Assembly: GCA_963701295.1 (NCBI GenBank)
Contig: OY969585.1
Location: 576,001 to 640,000, forward strand
Source of the DNA: Ignavibacteriota bacterium
GTDB lineage: Bacteria > Bacteroidota > Ignavibacteria > UBA10030
Reading direction: 5' to 3'
DNA: 64,000 nt
A model generated the notes under the pieces. It was not told where the DNA came from, did no database searches, and saw nothing but the letters and a program-made list of their open reading frames with translations. This document shows, in pieces, positions 26,596 through 35,763 of the stretch (position 1 is the stretch's first letter; each line of letters begins with the position of its first letter). Both the position numbers and the translations under genes were made by a program.

Positions 26596-28533
26596 TTACT
26601 TGATCAGCACAATACGCTGAGTCTTCGCATAACTGCCGGCATTCATCTTCACAAAATACACACCGCTGGTGTAATTTGCCGCATTAAACGTAACTTGATA
26701 AGAACCGGCTTGCTTCTTTTCATTCACCAACGTTGCAACTTCTTTTCCCAGAATATCGTACACTTTAATCTGGACTTGAGATTCGTTTTGCACGTCGTAT
26801 TTGATGTTTGTAGTCGGATTGAACGGATTCGGATAGTTTGCATAAAGCTGAAATTTCTTTACAGTGGCATTCTTATCTGATGTAACGCCAGTGGTTACAC
26901 CCAGTTCTTGCCCAAACCAGTCACCTGTAAAAACCAAATTATCGATCTCGATATTTTGCGAAACTGTTGTATCGAATGGATAATATATTTCTAAACCAAC
27001 CTGATGCTTTTTCGTTGGATTGAATTTACCTTTTGCCGCCAACACGTCAAGACTATCAATTTTCATCGTTGTCCAAAAACCGGGGTTCAATTGTGAACCG
27101 ATCGTATCGATCACAGCTACACTATCTCCCTTTCCAGCCGATAGATAAAATTTCACCAATCCTTTTTTCGGCATTTTAAGGGGGACATACACTTCTAGAG
27201 AAGCAGATATTACTACAGAATCCGCTGCATCTTTCATTGGAACAGAATCGCGTACTGCCTCAAATATAGTACTTTTACCAGTAATAGCCAGCGTGCCTTG
27301 CAACACGTAACCTGGATTGTTGGTTGAAACATCAAGATACCGCTTGACTGAACCTGTTGCGTTACTCGGAACATAAAAAGCGTTAGCATTTAATGTAAAA
27401 GATGCCGCGTTCCAAGAAGGAATTCCCTTTGATATGACTACGGAGTCGAGCAACTCCATCCTACTCATATAAACAGTAAAGTTGGAATCAACTTTTCTTC
27501 CACCCACCATAAGACCCGCCCAACCAAAACCATTACTTTGCGTATTGAATGTTGTTATATCGACAACATCGGCCGCACCAATGTCAAAATACAATGGATA
27601 CCATACCCTTTTCGGTATATTCTTGCCATAATAAGCTGCCGGATAATAAGGCGCCGGATCTGCCCAATGAGATCTATCCTGAGCATATGGAAATACTTGA
27701 GCACTATCGGCAAAAGTTGAATCAACCCATACCCAAGCGACCATTTGCGTCGCATATTGATATTGGGCAACGGTAGCAATCTGACTGGAGGTTCCAGCAA
27801 GGGCATTACCCGTAGCCGCAGAACCATTTTTTAATGTTAAAGCCAACGCTCCGGCACCACCGATACTTGACACGTGATAGAGAGAATCTGTCCAGCCATT
27901 CGTCCAACCAATACCAATGTTGTTATTGCTGGCACTGAAGTCTTCTAGAACCTTCGGCTGAGCTCCTACCAACGAAACATTATCAACGTAAATAACGCCT
28001 TTCCAACTTTTCAGCGAGTCTTTGCTATTGTCAAATTGTATACCAAAATCTCCGATCCCCTTGCTAAGATCGTGGCCGGTAGGATCGGCAACAGAAATCT
28101 GTTTGAAAAAAATACTCAAGGGGAACCATTTATTTTTAGGCATACTTTGAACATAATTATCTACTGCCGTCCATGCCCAACCATTGCTTGGCTGCCACCA
28201 TAACTGCAGGTTGATATTGGGTGTAGCTGTATCAGGAATAAAAACCCAGAAAGTTATAACCTGAGCATTGCCCAATAGACTCGCGCTCAAGTAATTTTGG
28301 TTAACTGGTCGAATGGCGTTGTGCGCCGAAAGTCCGCTTGTATTATTGATAGCAAGAGCCATAACACCATGGCCATTGAATGTCGTTTGATAAATGCTAT
28401 CTGAGAGCGTACCCCATTTGGCATCTTTAAAAATACCGAGACTACCCGCCTTTTCAAAACCTTCAAGCACTTGCGCGCTTGCAAAATTACCCAGGAAAAG
28501 TAATACTGCAACAACCAGTAATGACTTTTTCAT
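26596..28533 (-). CDS. T9SS-sorted protein with three tandem CBM-like beta-sandwich domains
   Basis: GGAGG RBS before MKKSLL (28533); three repeats ending GIQF..IYVDNV / GLMV..VYMSRM / GLEI..IEIDNL; NYPNPFNP CTD. Confidence 0.75.
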   Translation of the reverse strand: MKKSLLVVAVLLFLGNFASAQVLEGFEKAGSLGIFKDAKWGTLSDSIYQTTFNGHGVMALAINNTSGLSAHNAIRPVNQNYLSASLLGNAQVITFWVFIPDTATPNINLQLWWQPSNGWAWTAVDNYVQSMPKNKWFPLSIFFKQISVADPTGHDLSKGIGDFGIQFDNSKDSLKSWKGVIYVDNVSLVGAQPKVLEDFSASNNNIGIGWTNGWTDSLYHVSSIGGAGALALTLKNGSAATGNALAGTSSQIATVAQYQYATQMVAWVWVDSTFADSAQVFPYAQDRSHWADPAPYYPAAYYGKNIPKRVWYPLYFDIGAADVVDITTFNTQSNGFGWAGLMVGGRKVDSNFTVYMSRMELLDSVVISKGIPSWNAASFTLNANAFYVPSNATGSVKRYLDVSTNNPGYVLQGTLAITGKSTIFEAVRDSVPMKDAADSVVISASLEVYVPLKMPKKGLVKFYLSAGKGDSVAVIDTIGSQLNPGFWTTMKIDSLDVLAAKGKFNPTKKHQVGLEIYYPFDTTVSQNIEIDNLVFTGDWFGQELGVTTGVTSDKNATVKKFQLYANYPNPFNPTTNIKYDVQNESQVQIKVYDILGKEVATLVNEKKQAGSYQVTFNAANYTSGVYFVKMNAGSYAKTQRIVLIK

Positions 28534-29030
28534 AACTACCTCCGAGATGGTTTTTTGAATTGTTGATTTGGTTTTTCTATTTGTAACAAAATTAATTAGT
28601 GCGAAATGTATACTCATAGTTAAGATAAAAAATCAATTAGCTGTAAATTGTTTTTTTTGTTCAAAACTCTTCAGATAAATATATTATCCAGTATATTGAA
28701 GGTTCAAGCCAATATGAACGCACCCCTGTAAGAAGAATCTGTACAATTATTCTTTCTTACTTTTGCCTAAAACTTACAATTTACCGTCGCAATAGTCAAT
28801 AGATAGATCTTTATGCAGGAAATATACTTGTATATCTTACACACACATGATGCCACCTTTTATTTAGATACAAGAAATAAAATTCGTTAATACACGCCAT
28901 AAATCAATGTATATAAGGTAATCTTTATATATCATTTTAATAAGTATATATTATTATGATAATGCATGATTCGTATAGATTTCAATTCTATTGCCAGTTA
29001 TGATACTTTCATATTTCAAGAAGAGTTTCC

Positions 29031-30223
29031 TTATTTGCTCAGAATCATCTTCTGTGTATAAATGAAATTGCCAGCGTGGAGTCTGCCAGAATACACACCT
29101 GATGGATACCCAGATGCTTCCCATTTCGTCCAATATTTTCCCGCTGGTAGTTCTTCATTCACCAGCACTGCCAGTTCTCGACCGAGAAGGTCAAATACTT
29201 TGAGACTTACCAGGCTTTTCACTGCCAGCTGATATCCGATCGATGTACTAGGATTAAAAGGATTGGGATAATTTTGAAACAATTTATAATTCTTTGGAAG
29301 ATTCTGTCCGTGATTTTCTTGCACATCCGTTGTGGTCAATCGAATTCTATAAAGCGATGACCCAGCTGTGATATAGAGAGTCCTTCTATCCGCATCTCCC
29401 CATGCACAATTCGAAGGAGTGACAGGGCTAATACTGATTTTTCCGATACCCGTACCGATCGGCAATACAATCCATACTCCGCCTGGACCTGTGCACTAGA
29501 TGTTGCCGGCGGTATCCATTTTCATCCCGTCTGCATATCCGCTAACAGGGATCTTGTAAAATAGCCGTTTATTGGCAAGTGTGGAATCATTCACAACATC
29601 CCAAACATAAATGCTGTCCTGAGCGGATTCATCAACATATAATTTCTTCTCATCCAAAGAAAAGCAAATTCCATTCGGTTTGTTCAACGTGTTATCTAAT
29701 AGTATTATTGAACCGGAAGGGCTTATTCTATAATTACCATGAAATGTAAGTTCTTTATTCTGAGGACCGCCAGGGATATTGAAATCGGGATCCGTAAAAA
29801 ATATAGAGCCGTCAGATTTTTTTTACCACTAGATCATTCGGACTGTTGAATTTTTTGCCGTTGTATGTTGATGCAAGAGGTGTAATTGTTCCATTTAATT
29901 CTTGTCTTGCGACGCGACATTTTCCCATCTAAGTGAGCACCAGACGCCCCTGTAAATCCATTAGACCTATCGGAGGTATTGAGATAAGGAGTGAGCGTGC
30001 TATCAACCGGCGACCATCGATAGATCTTATTACCTTGAATATCGCTGAATAAAAATTCCTAAGCTGTCAACCACACAGGCCCTTCGGGCTGTAAAAATCC
30101 CGTAGCCAACTCTTCCAATTTCGCACCAGCAGGAACCGGTGATCGTGCAAAAAAATTTGTGATGGAAAAGAATACCAAGGCTACAAAAAACATATTGATA
30201 CGAATAGATTTGAGATCTTTCAA
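29031..30223 (-). pseudogene. SMP-30/gluconolactonase-family protein with T9SS CTD, inactivated
   Basis: PEGPVW, FNSPNDLV, FFTDP, PNGICFS, ADGMKMD, PSNCAWG motifs are spread over several frames, with internal TAG stops (e.g. 29496-29498) and a homopolymer frameshift near 29817-29824. Confidence 0.88.
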
Positions 30224-30243
30224 TCTTATCTCCAGAGAAAGAA

Positions 30244-31260
30244 TTATGCTATAGTCTTAATTAGAATATTTTCAATTGCCTTAAGTTCTTGCGTAGAAAA
30301 CGCAGTATTCTTAAGTGTTCCCACTGCATCGTCAATTTGAGAAACGCGGCTAGCTCCGATGAGTACCGAGGTCATTTCGGGATGACGCAAGACCCAAGCA
30401 AGCGCCATCTGTGCCATGGACTGTCCGCGTTGCTGGGCTATTGCATTTAAACGCTTCACCTTAGAAATTGTATCTGCTGTTACTTCCTCGGGTTTGAGAA
30501 AACCATGAGGCTTTGCCGCTCGGGAATCTGAAGGAATTCCTTTAAGATATTTATTCGTCAGCAGTCCCTGCGCTAAAGGAGAAAATGCGATACATCCAAT
30601 TCCCTCTTTGTTTAACACACGCAGCAATCCTTTTTCAATCCAACGATTGAACATGCTATATTTCGGCTGATGAATAATACAAGGAGTGCCAAGCGACTTC
30701 AGGATCTTCGATGCTTTCAACGCAAGCTCCGGTGAATAATTAGAAATTCCAACATATAATGCTTTGCCGCAACGCACAATTTGGTCTAAAGCTTGCATCG
30801 TTTCTTCCAACGGTGTTTCAGGATCCGGTCGATGGTGATAAAAAATATCGACGTATTCCAATCTCATTCTGCACAAACTTTGATTCAAGCTCGAAACTAA
30901 ATACTTACGCGATCCCCAATCACCATACGGTCCTGACCACATCTGATAACCCGCTTTCGATGAAATAATGAGTTCATCTCGATACGAAGAGAAATCCTTC
31001 TTCAAAATTTTCCCGAAGTTTTCTTCAGCAGATCCCGATGGAGGACCGTAATTATTCGCCAGGTCGAAGTGTGTGATACCGAGATCAAACGCACGCCGCA
31101 CCATGGTACGTGCATTTTTGAAACTGTCCACCGCACCAAAATTATGCCATAAGCCTAATGAGACAGCCGGTAATTGAAGCCCGCTCTGCCCGCAGTGGTT
31201 ATATTTCATCGATTCATAGCGTTTCGTTTGGGGTAAATATGATTGCATTTTCCGCTCCAC
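30244..31260 (-). CDS. mgrA: Aldo/keto reductase, L-glyceraldehyde 3-phosphate reductase type (YghZ/MgrA)
   Basis: SLGLWHNFG, GITHFDLANNYGPP, SSKAGYQMW, FYHHRPDP, FSPLAQGLLT. Confidence 0.9.
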   Translation of the reverse strand: MERKMQSYLPQTKRYESMKYNHCGQSGLQLPAVSLGLWHNFGAVDSFKNARTMVRRAFDLGITHFDLANNYGPPSGSAEENFGKILKKDFSSYRDELIISSKAGYQMWSGPYGDWGSRKYLVSSLNQSLCRMRLEYVDIFYHHRPDPETPLEETMQALDQIVRCGKALYVGISNYSPELALKASKILKSLGTPCIIHQPKYSMFNRWIEKGLLRVLNKEGIGCIAFSPLAQGLLTNKYLKGIPSDSRAAKPHGFLKPEEVTADTISKVKRLNAIAQQRGQSMAQMALAWVLRHPEMTSVLIGASRVSQIDDAVGTLKNTAFSTQELKAIENILIKTIA

Positions 31261-31583
31261 TCTTTAAAAAATAGTGACTACAAACCATGGCCCGTACTGT
31301 CAATTTCACTATTCTCTCATTCAAGAATAGATATCTCTAGAACACAGCATACGGTTTCTTTCATGAATTCTTTCTGAAGAAGTATAGGAGAATTCTCGCT
31401 CGAAAACAATAGAGAAAATTTTCATCAAAAAAACCATCCCGCAAAAAAAATATTTCATGGCCCTTCCATGAAAAAGAGCATAAAACCTCATTGGTAATTA
31501 TCAATTCCATAAAACATTATTAACTCAATAAATCAAGGATGAGGAGAGTGGGAAGATACCATAGGCATATGCTTGAATGTTTA

Positions 31584-31600
31584 TGGCATTCTTTATGTTA
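31584..31600 (+). promoter_or_regulatory. Candidate sigma-54-like -24/-12 element upstream of mgp
   Basis: TGGCAT-TCTTT-ATGTTA; -12 GC replaced by GT. Confidence 0.3.
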
Positions 31601-31684
31601 AGATTCGGGCAAATATCTCACAAATGAAAATCTGCAACAAAAAATTTACTATATTTTTGAAGAGCACTAACAAAGGGAATTGCA

Positions 31685-32872
31685 ATGTTAAAAACAGAGT
31701 TTGATAAAAAGGTACAGCTGTTAATAAAAGACCATGAGTCCTTTCTTTCAACAAAGAATATAAAAATTGAAAAAGGAAATGGCATCTATCAGCGCTATGC
31801 CAATCCGGTTGTAACGGCTGAACATACGCCTCTCTTTTGGCGATACGATCTAAATTATGAAACGAATCCATATTTGATGGAGCGTATCGGAGTTAACGCT
31901 GCATTTAACTCTGGTGCAATAGAACATAATGGAAAAATTTTGTTGGTGGTTCGTGTCGAAGGAACAGATCGAAAATCCTTTTTTGCCATTGCGGAATCTC
32001 CTAATGGAATCGATAATTTTCGCTTCTGGGATTTCCCGATTCAACTGGTAGAAACTCCGGATGCCGATATTAATGTGTACGATATGCGGCTTGTGAGACA
32101 CGAAGATGGATGGATCTATGGTTTGTTTTGCACAGAGCGGAAAGATCCGAGTGTTCCGCGAACGGACACATCTTCTGCTATCGCACAATGCGGTATTGTG
32201 AGAACGAAAAATTTATTAGACTGGGAACGACTGCCGGATTTGGTCACAAAATCTCCACAACAAAGAAATGTGGTTCTCCATCCGGAATTTGTTCATGGCA
32301 AGTACGCATTCTATACGCGGCCGCAGGATGGTTTCATCGAAGCAGGGTCAGGTGGCGGCATCGGGTGGGGTCTATCTGAGAAAATTGAGCATGCAGTGAT
32401 TGAAAGTGAAATTATTATCGATGACCGTTCTTATCACACAATAAAAGAAGTCAAAAACGGTTTAGGCCCTGCACCAATCAAAACGACCAGAGGCTGGCTA
32501 CAACTTGCACACGGCGTCCGGAACACTGCTGCAGGACTCCGGTACGTTTTATATATGTTCCTTACCGATTTGAAAGATCCTGCAAAAGTCATTGCAAGAC
32601 CAGGCGGATATTTTATAGCTCCCCAAGGGGCTGAGCGTGTGGGTGATGTCTCAAATATTGTCTTTAGTAATGGATGGGTGAAACGCGACAGCGGCGAAGT
32701 GCTTATCTATTATGGTTCATCTGATACAAGAATGCATGTAGCTGTTTCCACTGTGGATCAATTGCTCGATTATGTACTCCACACTCCAGAAGATGGATTA
32801 AAGACAGGTACAAACCTTCAGCAGCGTATACAACTTATTAATAGAAATCTCGAAATGCTTCATCGCAAGTAG
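31685..32872 (+). CDS. mgp: 4-O-beta-D-mannosyl-D-glucose phosphorylase (GH130_1)
   Basis: [64 protein letters not shown]. Confidence 0.93.
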   Translation: MLKTEFDKKVQLLIKDHESFLSTKNIKIEKGNGIYQRYANPVVTAEHTPLFWRYDLNYETNPYLMERIGVNAAFNSGAIEHNGKILLVVRVEGTDRKSFFAIAESPNGIDNFRFWDFPIQLVETPDADINVYDMRLVRHEDGWIYGLFCTERKDPSVPRTDTSSAIAQCGIVRTKNLLDWERLPDLVTKSPQQRNVVLHPEFVHGKYAFYTRPQDGFIEAGSGGGIGWGLSEKIEHAVIESEIIIDDRSYHTIKEVKNGLGPAPIKTTRGWLQLAHGVRNTAAGLRYVLYMFLTDLKDPAKVIARPGGYFIAPQGAERVGDVSNIVFSNGWVKRDSGEVLIYYGSSDTRMHVAVSTVDQLLDYVLHTPEDGLKTGTNLQQRIQLINRNLEMLHRK

Positions 32873-32928
32873 TTTTTATGCTCTTTATGCAAAATCTGGT
32901 GTGGCTGTTGTAAAGGCCAGCAGGTTCT

Positions 32929-34284
32929 CTATTTTGGAAGTAAGTCAGCGGTTTTGCGCCAATGTTCGATGAGTTTGTTTATTTCTTTGTTGGAATCCCC
33001 TTGGAAGATCACGCTGCAATTCATAAGAGTCCGGCCCGTATGATAGGTGCATTTCCACATATGGCTTTTGGGTCCTGTCCGAAAATGCGGTTCTTTATCG
33101 ATACCGCCTTCGAACCAATCCCCATATTGTGTATCGATGATAAAGGATTGCACATACTCCCATTGACGAAGGAAATATTCATAGTACCGAGTTTCTTGAG
33201 GAAAAATTTTGGCAAACAGGAGTAATGCATTTAATCCCTCAGCCTGTGCCCACCAATTTTTTGTATCTCTAATAATAGTGCAGTGGCTATCCCCCTTAAA
33301 ATAATAACCACCCTCATAAAAACCGCCGACTTTTTCATCCCATCCATATTTCATAGCATGATCGAGCATCTTCTTTGCGATGGTCAGTGTGCATGTGTCG
33401 CCATTCAATCCTAATGCATGCGAAGCTTCCAGCATCAAGAAGGCGGTCTCATAGTCGTGACCGAAGGAAACGTGATCCAATCCAAAATTAGCTTCTCGTT
33501 CCTCAGGGTAACTATCACGGAACGTAACAGGTGTCCAATCATTATGGAAGAATAATTGCAAATATCCTTGTTGTGCCACTTGTGTATCTCGAATCAGCTC
33601 GAGAAGTCCCTGAAGACGCTTCCATACCAGAGGATCCTTCCAGACATGATACAGTTCTGTAAATGCTTCTAATAAATGAATCGAGGAATTTTGATCTTTG
33701 AATCCAAGCTCGTTACCATCGGAAGCAATTGTTTTATACTCCGATGAACCATCAAATGGTTTCCCATTACGCATAATAAATTGAAAATACCCTCGTTCTT
33801 TTGAATCGTAGGCATGTTCTTCGATCCAATGAAACGCCGTTTGTGCAAACTCTAAGACTTCTGGATCATGCGTCTGCTTATAGAGTGCGGCGAGAGCATA
33901 TACAGCGAATGCATTTCCGTATGCACGCTTTTCATCCCTCCATCCGTTCACATCCGATATCCCACCGTCACGACTCCGTATTTGAAAGAACCCTCCAAAC
34001 TCTTTATCCCACATGTAATTTTTCAGAAAAGAAAAACCATGGCGGGCCATTTGCTCATACTCCTGTACACCGTCAAAATATTCGCTCGCCTTTGACAACG
34101 TCCATACATGCCGTGCTTGCGACACAATCATCTTTTCCTGCTGCGGAGCTAATTTCCAATCATGAGTAATATTCGTAAAATATCCCCCATATTCTTTATC
34201 AAGAACCGATGGATACCACCTCTTTAGTATTCCATCCATAAATGCTTCTTGCATTTCTTTATTGATAACGGTTTCTTTTTGCAT
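32929..34284 (-). CDS. AGE-family cellobiose/mannobiose 2-epimerase, cytoplasmic
   Basis: QARHVW, AYGNAFAVY, KDQNSSIHLLEA, SFGHDYE, WWAQAE, WKCTYH; no signal peptide. Confidence 0.9.
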   Translation of the reverse strand: MQKETVINKEMQEAFMDGILKRWYPSVLDKEYGGYFTNITHDWKLAPQQEKMIVSQARHVWTLSKASEYFDGVQEYEQMARHGFSFLKNYMWDKEFGGFFQIRSRDGGISDVNGWRDEKRAYGNAFAVYALAALYKQTHDPEVLEFAQTAFHWIEEHAYDSKERGYFQFIMRNGKPFDGSSEYKTIASDGNELGFKDQNSSIHLLEAFTELYHVWKDPLVWKRLQGLLELIRDTQVAQQGYLQLFFHNDWTPVTFRDSYPEEREANFGLDHVSFGHDYETAFLMLEASHALGLNGDTCTLTIAKKMLDHAMKYGWDEKVGGFYEGGYYFKGDSHCTIIRDTKNWWAQAEGLNALLLFAKIFPQETRYYEYFLRQWEYVQSFIIDTQYGDWFEGGIDKEPHFRTGPKSHMWKCTYHTGRTLMNCSVIFQGDSNKEINKLIEHWRKTADLLPK

Positions 34285-34350
34285 AGATATCTTTCATCTC
34301 AAATAAAATTTCTGCTGTTCATTCATTATGGACAGTTAGTAGAGAATCTA

Positions 34351-34367
34351 TAACAATTGATATGCCA
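34351..34367 (-). promoter_or_regulatory. Candidate sigma-54-like -24/-12 element upstream of the epimerase
   Basis: Minus strand TGGCAT-ATCAA-TTGTTA, ~70 bp upstream of the ATG. Confidence 0.4.
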
Positions 34368-34630
34368 TCACATTCTTAGAACATTTCTTACTGGAAAGGA
34401 AGGGTTCATTGTCATTTCAGTCTATCTATTTGATAAACATTCTTAAAATAGTAATCGGATCATCACAAACTCGACGATAGTTATTTGGCCAGCATAAGCT
34501 TGCTGACCCCCAATTGAACTATCGGCTTAAAATCGGCAGAAATACATTCTACTGGAAAGAGTGCCCGCATACAAAATAGCTTAACGTCGAAACAATCAAA
34601 CTTCGTTGCATATCATGCTTCTTTCTTTCA

Positions 34631-35737
34631 TTACTTTGTCGCCGAAAATATTTTATATTTTTCTATCGTATCAATGATTTGACTAGCTATTTTTTGATGC
34701 GTCTCCACAGTGGGGTGACCATTGGCTACATACCCTCCGGGGAAATCATCGAAGTGGGCATAGAAAATATCTTTTCTTCCACTCTGCTGTTCTTCATCCA
34801 CAATCTGTTTCACATTGTTCTGAATCCATTCCGGATATGCTGCAACCGCTAAAATTGCAGTTCCGGGATACGCTGTTCGAAGAGTCATAAGAAAATCACG
34901 ATACCCTTTTCGGAAAACAGCTGATTTTTCTTCTGTCACAGTGCCATCTTTTTCTTTGAGACCGGAATGATCGTTCAAGCCAAGGCAAATAACAACGAGA
35001 TCGGGCTTCCATTGTTTGAAATTCCACTTTGGCTCGCGTGCTTCCATGAGTGCGCGATCAAATAAATTTGGTATTGCCGCCTCCGTTTTTCCCTGCCAAT
35101 CACATACCATGCCGCTGCCTGAGCGGCATATAGTTTGATATTGTGCATGAAAATAACGGGCGATAATCGGTGCGAATCCTTTATCGATATTCGTCACTGG
35201 AAACCGGGCTTCCCATTCTAATTGCTGTACGGCCGCTTCGTTGCTTTCGGCGGCCGTAAAGGAATCTCCAATGAATTCAATCTTTCGCTTCGGTTTTTCC
35301 GGCAGTAGAAAAAGATCTGCATCTTCATCGAGCAACAAACCTGAGACCGAGAAAACCGCATTAAATACAATATTTCGTTTGCTGAGCAGAAGTGTATGGT
35401 GAGTTTTTTCCAAACTGTCTGCAAGCATATAATCTGCTTCCCCGAACATTGTTCCGTGAAAAACTTTCAAGAGCTTTCCGTCGATATAGACATTGTAATA
35501 ATTGATACGATCGGTCATTCGTACGCCGATGCTTGTTCCACTGAATTCGGCAGAGAGATATACTCCAGGCCACGAATGTCGCGGATGAAGCGAATCGGTC
35601 ATATCCCATCTTCCGTAATACTGAATAAAGGGATTGTTTGCGGGAATAAAATGTTTTGAGTATGACATCGTAGAAGCTCCTAGAACGAGAAGAACAATAC
35701 ACAGAGACCAATAGATATGATTCATACATTTACTCAC
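34631..35737 (-). CDS. Carbohydrate esterase family 2 (SGNH; acetyl-mannan/xylan esterase)
   Basis: YYGRW...SWPG N-domain; IEFIGDSFT, SGSG, LGLND, GHP; signal peptide. Confidence 0.88.
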   Translation of the reverse strand: MSKCMNHIYWSLCIVLLVLGASTMSYSKHFIPANNPFIQYYGRWDMTDSLHPRHSWPGVYLSAEFSGTSIGVRMTDRINYYNVYIDGKLLKVFHGTMFGEADYMLADSLEKTHHTLLLSKRNIVFNAVFSVSGLLLDEDADLFLLPEKPKRKIEFIGDSFTAAESNEAAVQQLEWEARFPVTNIDKGFAPIIARYFHAQYQTICRSGSGMVCDWQGKTEAAIPNLFDRALMEAREPKWNFKQWKPDLVVICLGLNDHSGLKEKDGTVTEEKSAVFRKGYRDFLMTLRTAYPGTAILAVAAYPEWIQNNVKQIVDEEQQSGRKDIFYAHFDDFPGGYVANGHPTVETHQKIASQIIDTIEKYKIFSATK

Positions 35738-35763
35738 TTTTTCATTCTTCCAAAGCTATAGAT

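Noticed and set aside
28620-29030. Sigma-54 promoters upstream of the CBM-like/TBDR operon (TGGCAA-N5-TTGAA near 28995; TGGCAT-N5-GTGT near 28855)
   Set aside because: Poor -12 match, 300-460 bp from the start codon, in very AT-rich DNA; cannot be distinguished from chance
16802-29932. Genome-wide stop-codon reassignment or Sec/Pyl recoding, suggested by in-frame TGA (16802) and TAG (29496, ~29930)
   Set aside because: Intact genes end normally at TAG (32872, 47643, 49001) and TGA (42778, 57721); the TAG-containing gene also has frameshifts; the TGA lies in a non-catalytic linker
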